The notes: a model not told the origin generated them from the letters alone. A stretch of DNA of 64,000 nucleotides from Candidatus Subterrananammoxibius californiae (GCA_030586555.1 JAURAC010000015.1:1-64000), one strand, 5' to 3'. Numbered from the stretch's first letter, positions 41,049 to 52,537 are shown. Numbers and translations are program-made.

Positions 41049-42473
41049 GTGAGTACCGGCAAAAAAAACATAGTAATATTGGGTGGTGGATTTGGTGGGA
41101 CTAATGCATTATTACAACTACAAAAAAGTCTTCCTGTAGATACAGATGTCGGTATAACGTTAATCAACAATTGGAATTTTTTTCTTTATACCCCTATGCT
41201 TCCAGAGGTGGCTACTGGTGGCATTGAGACGAGGCATGTGACGCAACCTCTCAGGGGGCTGTGTTACAAGAAAAGTTTCAATCTTGTAGTTGCGCCTATT
41301 GTTTCTATTGACGTTGGTAAAAAGAAGGTAATAACCACCAGGAAAACATTTGATTATGATTATCTCCTTATCAGCCTTGGTAGTGTAAATAATTTCTTTG
41401 GACTTCCAGGTGTTGAAGAACGCGCCTTTACGTTGAAAAATCTTGAAGATTCCATCAGGATTCGCAATCATATTGTTGAACTCTTTGAACGGGCAAATCT
41501 GGAAGACGATGGTTCTAAACGCAAGAGGATGCTAAGTTTTGTTGTTGCAGGCGCAGGACCAGCAGGAGTGGAATTAGTTACAGAAATGCATGACCTCATC
41601 TACTATGATTTGCTCTCTAAATTTTCTACTATAAAAGCGGATGATGTAAAGTTATACCTCTTAGAAGCTGGCACAAAAATCCTTCCGGGTATGGATGAAG
41701 ACCTTATTGCAATTGCATTGGAAAGAATAAATTCTATGCGTATAGACTTGAGGCTTGAAACGCCTTTGATTAGCGCTGATACAACATCTGTTACACTTCA
41801 GAATGGCGAGGTATTCCATTGCGATACCTTAATCTGGACGGCTGGTATGAAGGTAATGCCCATTATTGAAGCGCTAAACGTTCCCAAGCACACCGATGGG
41901 AGATTAAAGGTTAATGAGTTCTTAGAGGTACAGGGTTACTCTGGTGTTTTTGCAATAGGCGATAATGCCTATTTTGTTAGTCAAAAAAGTGGGCGTGCAC
42001 TGCCACCTGCGGCGCAGTTTGCAATGCGGCAGGGGAAGGTTGCCGCAAGGAATATACTGCATGACATTAAAGGAGAACAGAAAGAGGCATTTGCTTTTGA
42101 ACCTCTCGGATTCCTTGTATCAATGGGAAAGCGGTTTTCCATTGCTAATATCCTCGGCATCAGGTTACACGGATTTATTGCATGGCTTCTCTGGAGAATT
42201 ATATACCTATCAAAACTTGTAGGGTTTGAACGGAAGATACAGGTTGCGATGGACTGGTTATTAATGGAGATATTTGGAAGGGAAACGGTTCAGGAGGTGC
42301 GACTTTTTATAGACGAAGGTAAATGTAACGGTTGCTCCCTTTGTGTAAAGGTATGCCCGACTGCTACATTCCAGATGAAGAATGGAAAGTCGGTGGTAGT
42401 TAATCCGAGGGATTGCATAGAATGTCGTACCTGCATAGAAGAGTGTCCAGTAAATTGCATAGAGATTAAATGA
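41049..42473 (+). CDS. Type II NADH dehydrogenase-like flavoprotein with C-terminal 2[4Fe-4S] ferredoxin
   Basis: ILGGGFGG, YTPMLPEV, GAGPAGVE, AIGD and AQFA; C-terminal CNGCSLCVKVCP and CIECRTCIEECP. Confidence 0.88.
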   Translation: MSTGKKNIVILGGGFGGTNALLQLQKSLPVDTDVGITLINNWNFFLYTPMLPEVATGGIETRHVTQPLRGLCYKKSFNLVVAPIVSIDVGKKKVITTRKTFDYDYLLISLGSVNNFFGLPGVEERAFTLKNLEDSIRIRNHIVELFERANLEDDGSKRKRMLSFVVAGAGPAGVELVTEMHDLIYYDLLSKFSTIKADDVKLYLLEAGTKILPGMDEDLIAIALERINSMRIDLRLETPLISADTTSVTLQNGEVFHCDTLIWTAGMKVMPIIEALNVPKHTDGRLKVNEFLEVQGYSGVFAIGDNAYFVSQKSGRALPPAAQFAMRQGKVAARNILHDIKGEQKEAFAFEPLGFLVSMGKRFSIANILGIRLHGFIAWLLWRIIYLSKLVGFERKIQVAMDWLLMEIFGRETVQEVRLFIDEGKCNGCSLCVKVCPTATFQMKNGKSVVVNPRDCIECRTCIEECPVNCIEIK

Positions 42474-42521
42474 AAAGTGTGCCTTTACAGGTCTTTTGCC
42501 AGAAAGAAAGGAGGGTGTAAA

Positions 42522-42827
42522 ATGTTAGCTGAGTTTAGTGTCGTTCCAATTGGAAAAGGAACCAGTATTAGTGACCAGATTGCCGATGTTCTCAGGGTTG
42601 TTGATGAAAGCGGGATACCTTATAAAATAAATCCTATGGGTACGGTTATAGAGGGTGAATGGGACAAGGTTTTCAACCTTATCAAAAAGTGTCATGAAAA
42701 GGTCATGAAAACCTCTGATAGGGCTTTGACTACCATTACTATTGATGACCGCAAGGATAGGGAAAACCGAATTGAAGCGAAGGTTGAATCTGTAGAAAAG
42801 AAGCTCGGCAAGAAGCTCAAGAAATAG
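42522..42827 (+). CDS. MTH1187-family thiamine-binding protein
   Basis: MLAEFSVVPIG, PMGTVIEG and IDDRKD; AAGGAGG RBS. Confidence 0.88.
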   Translation: MLAEFSVVPIGKGTSISDQIADVLRVVDESGIPYKINPMGTVIEGEWDKVFNLIKKCHEKVMKTSDRALTTITIDDRKDRENRIEAKVESVEKKLGKKLKK

Positions 42828-42899
42828 ACCGCTAATGATTATAACCACCCCTTAGTCCCCTCCTTCGCAAGGAGGGGATTAAGGGGAGGTAAAACAATT

Positions 42900-43214
42900 A
42901 TGATAGAAAATCTGGTAGCAGAGATTCAGAATATCGAAACGAAAGCTGATAGCATAATTGCAGATGCACAGAAGAAGGCAAGGCAATCAGACATTGATGC
43001 AGAAAATGAGGTAAAGCAGTTAACCATTGATTTTGAGAAGGAATTTCAACAGAAGGTTAACGAGTTAAAATTAAGGATTGATAACTCAAAAAGGAATGAA
43101 GAAGCGTATCTAAAAGCAGAATTTGAAAGAATGAAGGCGCAACTGGCACACCTTAATCAAGGGGTATTTGAGCAAGTCATTGGGTTGGTAGCGAAAGGAA
43201 TCTGCGAATCCTGA
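42900..43214 (+). CDS. V/A-type ATP synthase peripheral stalk subunit G/H
   Basis: Short charged coiled coil (E.KAD.II.DA) at the head of the operon. Confidence 0.7.
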   Translation: MIENLVAEIQNIETKADSIIADAQKKARQSDIDAENEVKQLTIDFEKEFQQKVNELKLRIDNSKRNEEAYLKAEFERMKAQLAHLNQGVFEQVIGLVAKGICES

Positions 43215-43215
43215 T

Positions 43216-45234
43216 ATGGCAATTGATAGGGTTAAAAAGGTTACCTTAATGGCCCCCATCGAAAGCACCAAGCGATTACTTTCACATCTCTACAACCTGA
43301 GTATTCTTCATATAACAGATACATTTACGCAACTCCCGCAGACAGACCATCCCCTGAAAAGACAGAGTATTGTAGCAGAAGAGCCTGCAAAATATATTAA
43401 TAAGCTTGAAGTTATACTTTCAGCCTTTTCGCAGTTTGTTAAGAGGAAGAAGAGCTTAATAGAGGGCTTTTTCCCGCTCCCCCTACAGGTAACAGAAAAG
43501 GAATTGATGGATGCCCTTTCCACCGTAGATATTGAACTCCTCTATGAAGAGAGTCATTATTGTTATAATGAATGCAAGGTACTTGAAAAAAAGACAACCG
43601 ATATAGGACGAGAAATAACGTCCCTAACCAGCTTTCTTGCGATACCATGTGATTTAGACGAATTAAGAAAGCTGAAAAATGTTTCTGTTAAATTCGGGAT
43701 TTTTTCGTTTGAAAGGTGGAAAAAGCTACGGACCGACCCCACCGCACTGGACTTACTGACCTTCCAAGCAATTGACGCTGAAAAGAAAAATGCCAAAGTC
43801 ATTGTGGCATATCTCTTGAAGGAGCAGGAAGAAGCGCTAAAAAAACTCAAAGAATATAGCTTTTTAGAACTATCCCTTCCAGCAATCTCTGGTAGAGTAT
43901 CAGATAAGGTTGCCGCACTTGAGGCGGAAATGAATGACCTCATACAGAGGCGAGAAGACCTTAAAAATCGAATTATTGAACTATCCAGATATTCAAGACA
44001 TGTTGAGGTCTTGCTTAGATATTGGGAAAATGAGAGAGACAAGATTACCACACAGAACAATTTTGGCTTTTCCATGAGAATTCTAATTATTACTGGATTT
44101 ATTAAAGAAGAGAGCATTGACAAGCTTAATGCTGTACTCGATGCTGAGTTTCCAGAGACCTCGGTTGTGTATGGAACCCCGACGCCATTGGATAACGTGC
44201 CAGTATCTATAAGTTTGCCCTCATTTTTTAGACCGGCACAGCTTTTAATAAATATGTTTGGTTTGCCAGATTATTTTAGTTTCGACCCCACCCCATTTAT
44301 CACTTTAACATTCTTAATCTTCTTTGGGATTTGCTTCGGTGACGTGTTTTATGGTATAACCCTGATAGGTTTTTCATATTATATGATACTAAGATATAGG
44401 AATTACGAAGGAATGAAAAACTTCTTTTTACTTTTTATGTATGCCGGCTTCAGTTCCGCAATATTCGGCGCACTTTCTGGCACGTGGGCAGGTGACCTTT
44501 ATAATCCAGCTTATCTTGGAGAAAATAATTTACTCCTTCGAGCAAAAGATGCGCTTGCGGTCTTAGACCCACTTTCTAAACCGATTATTGCCTTACTAAT
44601 TGCCATAGGACTTGGCGTCATAAACCAGTTCTACGGAATAGTCCTTAGAGTGTATGGTGAGTTGATGAAGGGAAATTTGCTTAATGCAATATTTGACGGT
44701 TTGCTATGGTTAATCTTGCTCCCTGGCTTTCTAATCATTATTTCACCCATGTTTACAAAGATACCAGCTTGGCTATTTAATTTGGGTTTGGGTTTGACGG
44801 CGGTCGGCGGAATTGGTCTGGTGCTTACGCAGGGAAGGCATGAGAAAGGCTTAATAGCACGAGCGATTACTGGTATGGTAAGCCTTTACGGAATACTCGG
44901 CACCTATGGATGTACGTCATTTATTAGTGACATCCTTTCATATTCAAGGCTTCTTGCGCTTGGTCTCACGACCCTTATAGTAGCCATGTCATTTAACATC
45001 ATCGCAAATATCATGAGAGAGGTGCCATTTATTGGAGTGATACTATTTGTGCTAATCTTAATTGCTGGACATCTGTTCAATTTCATGATGAGTATCATAG
45101 GGGCGTTTGTCCATCCAGCAAGGTTAATCTTCCTTGAATTTTTTGGAAGGTTTTATCAGGCTGGCGCTACCAGATTTAGACCTTTTGGCTTTGATAATGA
45201 AAAGGTTCAGCTCTTGAGGGCTAAAAGTTCTTAG
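43216..45234 (+). CDS. atpI: V/A-type ATP synthase subunit I
   Basis: DPTPF...FFG..FGD..YG, SDILSYSRLLALGL and H.ARL.FLEFF.RFY. Confidence 0.95.
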   Translation: MAIDRVKKVTLMAPIESTKRLLSHLYNLSILHITDTFTQLPQTDHPLKRQSIVAEEPAKYINKLEVILSAFSQFVKRKKSLIEGFFPLPLQVTEKELMDALSTVDIELLYEESHYCYNECKVLEKKTTDIGREITSLTSFLAIPCDLDELRKLKNVSVKFGIFSFERWKKLRTDPTALDLLTFQAIDAEKKNAKVIVAYLLKEQEEALKKLKEYSFLELSLPAISGRVSDKVAALEAEMNDLIQRREDLKNRIIELSRYSRHVEVLLRYWENERDKITTQNNFGFSMRILIITGFIKEESIDKLNAVLDAEFPETSVVYGTPTPLDNVPVSISLPSFFRPAQLLINMFGLPDYFSFDPTPFITLTFLIFFGICFGDVFYGITLIGFSYYMILRYRNYEGMKNFFLLFMYAGFSSAIFGALSGTWAGDLYNPAYLGENNLLLRAKDALAVLDPLSKPIIALLIAIGLGVINQFYGIVLRVYGELMKGNLLNAIFDGLLWLILLPGFLIIISPMFTKIPAWLFNLGLGLTAVGGIGLVLTQGRHEKGLIARAITGMVSLYGILGTYGCTSFISDILSYSRLLALGLTTLIVAMSFNIIANIMREVPFIGVILFVLILIAGHLFNFMMSIIGAFVHPARLIFLEFFGRFYQAGATRFRPFGFDNEKVQLLRAKSS

Positions 45235-45328
45235 AGAATCGGTAGACAACGAGGTTCTACCTCGTTGACATTTGTTCAACGAACATAAAGTTCGTTGTCT
45301 ACCGGGATAAAAGGAGAAATGTAAAATA

Positions 45329-45865
45329 ATGGGTGACCTAATAAGGTTGTACTTTATTGAGACGGGATTTGGTTGGGCAGCCGCCGGGGCAATACTGGTG
45401 GTAATGTTGGGAAGCATTGGCTCAGCAAGGGGCATACGTATTGCGGGAGCTCAGGCTGCCGGGGTACTTTCAGAAAAACCAGAACTCTTTGGGAAGCTGC
45501 TTGTATTAATGGCGCTGCCTGGTACGCAAGGTTTTTATAGCTTTATATGCGCAATCATGATTGCCTTGAGATGTGGGATTATCGCCGGCGGCATAACAAT
45601 TCCACCAATTGTTGGAATAGCAATACTCGTCGTCGCTATTTGTATGGGTATAGTTCAGTGGAGGTCTGCAATTATACAGGGAGAGGCATCTGCAGCGGCT
45701 ATTAACCTTACAAGCAAACAGCCGGGTGAAAGTGGACGTGCAATCCTGATTCCTGCCCTTGTCGAAACATACGCTGTAATATCCTTGCTTGCCTCAATCC
45801 TGCTTATAATCTGGTTTACTAAGGAAGGTGGGCTCTCATTCCTCACCCCTTCTCCTACCCACTAA
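45329..45865 (+). CDS. atpK: V/A-type ATP synthase subunit K (4-TM c subunit, Na+-type motif)
   Basis: LPGTQGFY, SAIIQG and VETYA. Confidence 0.93.
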   Translation: MGDLIRLYFIETGFGWAAAGAILVVMLGSIGSARGIRIAGAQAAGVLSEKPELFGKLLVLMALPGTQGFYSFICAIMIALRCGIIAGGITIPPIVGIAILVVAICMGIVQWRSAIIQGEASAAAINLTSKQPGESGRAILIPALVETYAVISLLASILLIIWFTKEGGLSFLTPSPTH

Positions 45866-45950
45866 CGGTTTTAAGGGTGGCATGGACAAATTTGTTCGCC
45901 ATGGCGAATCTGCCTTGGGCATGATTCGTCCGTGCTCTTGAGATTATGAA

Positions 45951-46544
45951 ATGTCGCTTGAAAGAATAACAAAGTCAATATTAGATGACGCTGAGAAAGA
46001 GGCGGCGAGGATACTTCATGCAGCACAAGCAGCCATCCAGCGCAAAATTGCTTCTGTTAGAGAAGAACTTAAAAAAAATCTAATCGAAAGGTTAAAAGAT
46101 GTAGAGGTAGAAATTGAGGAGAAAAAGGCAATAGAACTTTCTAATCTAAGAACAAGTTACAGGCAGCAGATTCTTGAAATTAAGAATACCGTAATTGATG
46201 ACGTTTTCAAAAGGGCTGTGCAGCAAATTGTTTCTCTTTCCGATGAAAGGTATCTTTCTATTATAGAAAAATGGCTTCAAGCAATTAGTACAACGGGGCA
46301 GATTTTTATAAGCTCAAAGGATTCAAAACGAATCACCTATGAGTTTATTTCAAGGATTAATCAATCGAGAAAGGAATCCTCAAGTCTTTCCCTGAGCAAG
46401 GATTTCGCTAATATAAGTGGTGGGTTTATGCTGAAGACAGAAAAGTTTGAGATTGACCACTCCCTTGAGGCAATTTCATTGAATCTGCGTGAGCGACTCG
46501 GACCCAAAATTGCAAAAGAATTATTCAGAGAGCAGACTTGGTAG
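45951..46544 (+). CDS. atpE: V/A-type ATP synthase subunit E
   Basis: MSLE.I...IL.DA..EA, ISGGF and operon position. Confidence 0.85.
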   Translation: MSLERITKSILDDAEKEAARILHAAQAAIQRKIASVREELKKNLIERLKDVEVEIEEKKAIELSNLRTSYRQQILEIKNTVIDDVFKRAVQQIVSLSDERYLSIIEKWLQAISTTGQIFISSKDSKRITYEFISRINQSRKESSSLSLSKDFANISGGFMLKTEKFEIDHSLEAISLNLRERLGPKIAKELFREQTW

Positions 46545-46621
46545 ACAACGAGGTTTTATCCGCCTCAGACGGATTGATTTCAACGGACATAAAGTCCGTT
46601 GTCTACCGACAGAAGAACCCT

Positions 46622-47695
46622 ATGTATGAGTCAAACCAATCAGGGTCGAAGATTGAGCGAAGCGAAACATGGTGTTATATTAGCGGAAAGGTGTGCGTAT
46701 TAGAATCCTTTCTTTTGAAGCGCGATTTTTTCGAACGCCTCATAAACCTCGAAAAGCATGAGGACGTTTTTCTGACTCTTAGTGATTCACCATTAAAGGA
46801 GTATTTCGTTCATATTGAACGCCTTTACGAGTCGGAGAAGATTCTCGAAGAACGTTATTTTAACGAAATCTTCGAGATAAGAAAGTTTTCTCCCAACCCT
46901 ATATTAAGCAACATATTCCTTATAAAATATGATTTCGTCAATCTAAAAAATTTCCTGAAAGAGTTGCTTGCTGGAATTCCAAGAGAGGTTCCAACCCCCC
47001 ATCCATCCTTCCCCCTCTATGTGGGAGAGGTGGGGTGGGGGGATAGCGAATGGGAACGCCTTTGGAAAGGCGAAAGGACAGGGTTTCACCCGATATTTGA
47101 AGACGCAATCAGGATAATAAAAGAGTTAAAAGAAAGTTCTCCGGACTTGCTATCGGCGAATCCTTTTATAATTGATTTGGTGCTTGATAATGCGTATTTA
47201 TGCTATCTTGCATATATGGTGTCTAAACTAAATGTTCCATTAATTAAAAAATATTTTGATGACTATTTTATTATAAAGGGTACAGAGATAATTATGCGTG
47301 CCATCGCAAACAGGTCTGATATGGAGCAAATATCAAAAATATTTCTAAGGGGCATAATGCAAAAGGATTTTTTCTTTAAGCTTCTTAAATGCCCCCTGAC
47401 CGAGATCAGGGGCTGGCGTGGGGCATTACTCGAAGTTTTTCCTTCTAAATTAGTTGACGAAATCTTTGCAGGGTCTTCTAAAAATCTTTTTACACAATTT
47501 GAGCGACTGACAGATAACTACCTTCTTAGAAAACTCCAGCCAGCAAAGGTTGTAACTTTTGGACCTGAGCGTGTCTTCGGCTACCTTTGTGGTCTTACAA
47601 CAGAAACATATAATTTGAGGCTTACCCTTGGGGGAAAGGTAAACATGGTTAACACTGACTTAATAAAAGAGAGCCTGAGAGAGCTTTATGTCTAA
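46622..47695 (+). CDS. atpC: V/A-type ATP synthase subunit C
   Basis: YDF.NLK, FGPERVFGYL, E..NLR...GK and LRELYV. Start placed after the repeat. Confidence 0.85.
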   Translation: MYESNQSGSKIERSETWCYISGKVCVLESFLLKRDFFERLINLEKHEDVFLTLSDSPLKEYFVHIERLYESEKILEERYFNEIFEIRKFSPNPILSNIFLIKYDFVNLKNFLKELLAGIPREVPTPHPSFPLYVGEVGWGDSEWERLWKGERTGFHPIFEDAIRIIKELKESSPDLLSANPFIIDLVLDNAYLCYLAYMVSKLNVPLIKKYFDDYFIIKGTEIIMRAIANRSDMEQISKIFLRGIMQKDFFFKLLKCPLTEIRGWRGALLEVFPSKLVDEIFAGSSKNLFTQFERLTDNYLLRKLQPAKVVTFGPERVFGYLCGLTTETYNLRLTLGGKVNMVNTDLIKESLRELYV

Positions 47696-48008
47696 GGTTA
47701 TCGCTGTGGGCGAAAGAGATCTTATAATAGGTTTTAAAGCCGTTGGGGTAGAACTTGTGTCTGTTAAATCCCCTTCCGAAGTGGGTGCTGTACTTAAAAA
47801 ATTATCCCAGGATGCTTCAGTAGGACTAATATTAATTACTGAAACTGTAGCCGAAGGATGTCTTGATGTAATTTCAAGTTTTAGGGAGGAAAGCGCTGCT
47901 GTTATTCTAATCGTACCCAGCCATCTTCCGACAAAACACATAAGCATGCTCGAGATAAAGCGTAATATAGAGAAGGCAGTGGGTGTTGATATGTTATCGA
48001 AATCCTGA
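47688..48008 (+). CDS. atpF: V/A-type ATP synthase subunit F
   Basis: IAVGERD.IIGFKAVG and IEKAVGVD. Confidence 0.9.
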   Translation: MSKVIAVGERDLIIGFKAVGVELVSVKSPSEVGAVLKKLSQDASVGLILITETVAEGCLDVISSFREESAAVILIVPSHLPTKHISMLEIKRNIEKAVGVDMLSKS

Positions 48009-48086
48009 GCTTGCAAGGAGATGTTATATGGACATAATAATATAAATTTAACCAAAGTAACTTTTAAATGGAAAGGAGATCCAGAA

Positions 48087-48281
48087 ATGCATGCCTATAA
48101 ATATATTACAAAGATATTAGAAAACGGGAAAATAGAATTACCTAAGTTGCCGTTGAAAAAAGGGGTCGAAGTAGAGGTAATTATTTTACCACAAAGCGAA
48201 GACGATCTTTTGAAGGCTTCCGAGAGTAGTTTGAATTTCTGGTACAATGACATAGATGACGGGGTCTGGAATAGTGTATAA
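48087..48281 (+). CDS. Putative antitoxin (64 aa)
   Basis: AAGGAG RBS; 'VEVIIL..E.DLLKASESSL.FW.N..D.VW'; overlaps the toxin gene. Confidence 0.65.
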   Translation: MHAYKYITKILENGKIELPKLPLKKGVEVEVIILPQSEDDLLKASESSLNFWYNDIDDGVWNSV

Positions 48282-48621
48282 GCAACGAGACATCTTAATA
48301 ATACCTATACCTTTTACTAATCTTACAGCAAATAAGAAGCGTCCAGTTGTTGTACTTTCCAACGATCATTACAACAACAAAGCAGAAGATATTGTTGTTA
48401 TCGCTGTAACTTCAAACATTGAACGGAAGGAATATTCTATTCTGATTTCTAACCAAGACTTAGAAGAAGGCGTTTTACCACATCAAAGTATAGTGCGTGT
48501 AGATAAAATATACACTCTCAATAATTCAATCGTAATCAAGAAACTCGGTGTTTTGCGAAAAGAAACGTTTAAAAAGGTAAAGGATACCCTAATAAAGCTA
48601 ATTAACCAAAATATTTCTTAA
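48256..48621 (+). CDS. PemK/MazF family toxin
   Basis: IPIPFTNL...KKRPVVVLSN, AVTS and S.VRVDKIYT. The start could be GTG 48274. Confidence 0.88.
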   Translation: MTGSGIVYKQRDILIIPIPFTNLTANKKRPVVVLSNDHYNNKAEDIVVIAVTSNIERKEYSILISNQDLEEGVLPHQSIVRVDKIYTLNNSIVIKKLGVLRKETFKKVKDTLIKLINQNIS

Positions 48622-48667
48622 AAAATAAAAAGATTTTTTTTACAAAAGGGTTACTATTGAGCTTGTA

Positions 48668-50458
48668 TTGAGTGAAGCAAACGTGATGGATAATGGAGTT
48701 GTAATTAAGGTTTCTGGTCCGCTGGTTGTAGCAAAGAATCTGTCCGGAACGAGGATTTATGACCTTGTTCGTGTCGGTCAATTCAAGCTTTTTGGTGAGG
48801 TTATAGAAATACGAGGTAATGAGTACTTCATACAGGTTTATGAAGAAACAGAAGGTTTAGGGCCTGGCGACCCTGTCTATCCAACAAATCAACCGCTTAA
48901 CGTAGAGCTCGGACCAGGTTTAATTGGCTCTATATACGATGGTGTGCAAAGACCACTCGATGTGCTAAGAAACAAGCTTGGTGATTTCATCACGAGGGGG
49001 GCAGAAAGCCCGCCACTTAACCGTACTAAAAAATGGCGCTTCCATCCAACCCGTAAGATTGGAGAAGAAGTTATCCCCGGAGACATCCTCGGCACGGTTA
49101 AGGAGTCTTCACTTATAGAGCACAGGATGATGGTTCCTGCAGGAATCAAGGGCAGGGTGTCCAGGATTAAAGAAGTAGATACAACTGTTGAAGAAACAGT
49201 TGCCACAATTGAAACCCATTCAGGCGTAAAGGAAATCTCAATGATTCAGAAATGGCCTGTTAGAGAGCCAAGAGAGGTGGTAAGGAAGCTCCCTCCTGTT
49301 ATGCCCCTTGTAACTGGCCAGAGGGTAATAGATATGCTGTTTCCTATAACAAAAGGTGGCACTGCATGCGTTCCAGGCCCCTTTGGCAGTGGGAAGACGG
49401 TTGTCCAGCACCAGCTTGCAAAATGGTCTGACGCTGATGTTATCGTCTACGTTGGCTGTGGGGAAAGGGGTAATGAAATGGCTGATGTATTAATAGAATT
49501 ACCACAACTAAAAGACCCCAAATCTGGCGAGTCATTGATGGAAAGGACAGTCTTGATTGCCAACACGTCCAATATGCCTGTCGCAGCCCGTGAGGCATCC
49601 GTATATACTGGAATAACGATTGCTGAGTATTATAGGGATATGGGATATAGCGTTGCCCTTTTGGCAGATTCTACGTCAAGATGGGGCGAAGCCATGCGGG
49701 AAATCTCTGGAAGGCTTGAGGAGATGCCTGGTGAGGAGGGCTATCCCAATTATCTTGCATCCAGGCTTGCTGGTTTCTACGAAAGGGCAGGAAACGTTAT
49801 TTGTCTCGGTTCGGATGGCAGGAAAGGTTGTTTAAGTGTAATTGGGGCCGTTTCTCCCCCGGGTGGTGACCTCTCTGAACCAATTACACAGGCAACGCTT
49901 CGCGTTGTAAAGGTGTTCTGGAGCCTTGATGACAGGCTTGCATCACAACGACATTTTCCAGCAATCCACTGGCTGACCAGCTATTCACTTTACCGTGACG
50001 TTGTTGATGATTATTGTGTCTCAAATATAGATTCGTCATGGAAAGAAAACAGAAGAAGAGCAATGGAGATACTCCAAAGGGAGTCAGAATTAGAGGAAAT
50101 TGTGAGGCTTGTAGGAATTGATGCCCTTTCCTATGGGGACAGGCTCTATATGGAGGTTGCAAAGATGATTCGCGAGGATTTTCTCCATCAGAATGCCTTT
50201 GACAGGCGCGATACATATACTTCTTTGAAGAAACAGTATCTTATCCTTGACAATATCATCAAGTTTTATAACAAGGCAAAAGAGCTTTTAAAATCTAATG
50301 TGGAATTTTCAAAGATAATTACAATTCCATCTAAAGAGGAGATTGCAAGGTCAACGCTTATTCCTGAGGACCAGCTACATAAATTCACAGAGATTGGTAG
50401 TAAGATAGCAGCGGAATTGAATGCCTTGCTTCCGAAGGAGATGGTAAGAAGTGCTTAA
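48668..50458 (+). CDS. atpA: V/A-type ATP synthase subunit A
   Basis: [33 protein letters not shown] and SPPGGD. Confidence 0.97.
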   Translation: MSEANVMDNGVVIKVSGPLVVAKNLSGTRIYDLVRVGQFKLFGEVIEIRGNEYFIQVYEETEGLGPGDPVYPTNQPLNVELGPGLIGSIYDGVQRPLDVLRNKLGDFITRGAESPPLNRTKKWRFHPTRKIGEEVIPGDILGTVKESSLIEHRMMVPAGIKGRVSRIKEVDTTVEETVATIETHSGVKEISMIQKWPVREPREVVRKLPPVMPLVTGQRVIDMLFPITKGGTACVPGPFGSGKTVVQHQLAKWSDADVIVYVGCGERGNEMADVLIELPQLKDPKSGESLMERTVLIANTSNMPVAAREASVYTGITIAEYYRDMGYSVALLADSTSRWGEAMREISGRLEEMPGEEGYPNYLASRLAGFYERAGNVICLGSDGRKGCLSVIGAVSPPGGDLSEPITQATLRVVKVFWSLDDRLASQRHFPAIHWLTSYSLYRDVVDDYCVSNIDSSWKENRRRAMEILQRESELEEIVRLVGIDALSYGDRLYMEVAKMIREDFLHQNAFDRRDTYTSLKKQYLILDNIIKFYNKAKELLKSNVEFSKIITIPSKEEIARSTLIPEDQLHKFTEIGSKIAAELNALLPKEMVRSA

Positions 50459-51830
50459 GGAGTATTTGACAATAAAAAATATTTCGGGTCCTCTTCTACT
50501 CGTCGAAGACGTTGAGGGGGTCACTTATGGTGAGTTGACGGAAATAAAGCTTGATAATGGCAAACTGAGGCGAGGAAGGGTCCTTGAGATAGCCGATTCA
50601 AGGGCGCTTGTGCAGGTCTTTGAAGGCACACGTGGAATATCTCCAGAAAATGCAAAGGTAAAGTTTCTCGGAAAGGGTCAGGAGATTGGGGTTTCTCCCG
50701 ATATTATAGGAAGAATCTTTGATGGTGCAGGGCTTCCTATTGACGGTGGGCCTGAAATAATCCCTACAAAGAGAGTGAACATAAATGGTAGTCCGATGAA
50801 CCCGTATGCCAGAGACTACCCAAACGAATTTATCCAGACTGGCATTGCCGCTATTGATGGTATGAACACCCTTGTGAGGGGTCAGAAATTGCCAATTTTT
50901 TCTGGTTCAGGGCTTCCTCACGCACAACTCGCTGCGCAAATAGCCCGACAGGCTAAGGTGCTTAAGACAGGGGAAAAGTTTGCAGTCGTTTTTGCAGCCA
51001 TGGGAATAACCTTTGAGGAGGCGAATTTTTTTATCTCTGATTTTGGAAGAACAGGGGCACTTGAAAGGTCAGTGCTCTTTATAAACCTGGCTGATAACCC
51101 GACAATCGAAAGGATTGCAATCCCGAGGATAGCGCTTACGGTAGCAGAATACCTTGCTTATGAGCAAGATATGCACGTACTTGTAATCTTAATTGATATG
51201 ACAAACTATTGTGAGGCGCTAAAAGAAATATCAGCCGCAAGAAAGGAAGTTCCTGGAAGACGCGGGTATCCTGGCTATCTTTATACGGACCTTGCAACGC
51301 TCTATGAAAGGACTGGACGCATCAAAGGCAAGCAGGGCTCCATTACACAGATACCAATACTCTCTATGCCAGAGGATGACAAGACACACCCTATTCCTGA
51401 TTTAACGGGCTATATTACTGAGGGTCAAATAATCCTCAGCAGGGCGCTCCACAGTCAGGGTATTTACCCACCAATAGACGTCCTTCCAAGCCTTTCTCGA
51501 TTAAAGGATAAGGGGATAGGGGAGGGGAAGACACGCATTGACCATGCAGATGTAATGAATCAACTTTATGCCGCATATGCTCGTGGGGAAGAAGCGAAGG
51601 AGATTGCAGTTGTGCTTGGAGAATCGGCGTTAAGCCCCACCGACTTGTTGTTTATGAGCTTTGCAGACCTTTTTGAAAGAAAATTCGTCCAGCAGGGCGA
51701 AAATGAGAATAGAACCATTGAGCAAACACTTGATATAGGCTGGAAGCTCTTAAAGATGCTTCCAAAAACAGAGTTGAAAAGGATTAGACCAGAGTTGTTA
51801 GACGTATATTATAAGGGGAAAATGACGTGA
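50451..51830 (+). CDS. atpB: V/A-type ATP synthase subunit B
   Basis: [25 protein letters not shown] and [15 protein letters not shown]. Confidence 0.97.
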   Translation: MLKEYLTIKNISGPLLLVEDVEGVTYGELTEIKLDNGKLRRGRVLEIADSRALVQVFEGTRGISPENAKVKFLGKGQEIGVSPDIIGRIFDGAGLPIDGGPEIIPTKRVNINGSPMNPYARDYPNEFIQTGIAAIDGMNTLVRGQKLPIFSGSGLPHAQLAAQIARQAKVLKTGEKFAVVFAAMGITFEEANFFISDFGRTGALERSVLFINLADNPTIERIAIPRIALTVAEYLAYEQDMHVLVILIDMTNYCEALKEISAARKEVPGRRGYPGYLYTDLATLYERTGRIKGKQGSITQIPILSMPEDDKTHPIPDLTGYITEGQIILSRALHSQGIYPPIDVLPSLSRLKDKGIGEGKTRIDHADVMNQLYAAYARGEEAKEIAVVLGESALSPTDLLFMSFADLFERKFVQQGENENRTIEQTLDIGWKLLKMLPKTELKRIRPELLDVYYKGKMT

Positions 51831-52444
51831 AACTAAGGGTCAATCCAACAAGGATGGAACTCTTAAAACTCCGCAAGAGGCTTGTTGTTGCAATAAGAGG
51901 GCATAGACTTCTTAAAGACAAGCTCGAAGGATTAATGACGGAATTCCTTATATTAGTTAAAGAATATAAGAAAGCCCGTCTGCGGCTTGATGAGGAGTTG
52001 TCTGCTGTAATGAGGCTTTTTGTCCTTGCAAGTATAACGTCTTCCAGGCAAGCGATATTAACAGCGCTTGAGCAATCAAAAGGACGACAGGAAATTAACA
52101 TTAAGCAAAAATGGCTGGTTACCGTTCTTGTCCCCCAGTTCGAGGTCGCTATTATCCAGGGCGGGACTTCATACAGCTATCTTGACACGCCATGTGAGTT
52201 AGATACCGCAGTAAATGAATTGAAAGAATATTTTCCTAAGATACTAAAACTTGCCGAGCTCGAACAGTCGCTAAGACTCGTGGCTAAAGAAATAGAAAAG
52301 ACTCGCAGAAGGGTAAATGCCCTTGAGTATATTCTTATTCCCCAGATTAAAGAGACTATTAAATTTATCAAAAGTAAGTTAGATGAGATGGAACGGTCGA
52401 ACATTAACCGCCTTATGAAGATAAAAGAGATGTTTAGGCAATAG
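51827..52444 (+). CDS. atpD: V/A-type ATP synthase subunit D
   Basis: NPTRMEL, RGH.LLKDK and [10 protein letters not shown]. Confidence 0.95.
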   Translation: MKLRVNPTRMELLKLRKRLVVAIRGHRLLKDKLEGLMTEFLILVKEYKKARLRLDEELSAVMRLFVLASITSSRQAILTALEQSKGRQEINIKQKWLVTVLVPQFEVAIIQGGTSYSYLDTPCELDTAVNELKEYFPKILKLAELEQSLRLVAKEIEKTRRRVNALEYILIPQIKETIKFIKSKLDEMERSNINRLMKIKEMFRQ

Positions 52445-52537
52445 TCAACAATGGAGACAACGAGGTTTAGTCTTGTTGAAATCAACGAACATAAAGTTCA
52501 TTATCTACCAATTACTAAAGTATGAGGAGACAAAATC

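Noticed and set aside
36845..42473. Selenocysteine recoding in the redox proteins
   Set aside because: No in-frame TGA interrupts these ORFs.
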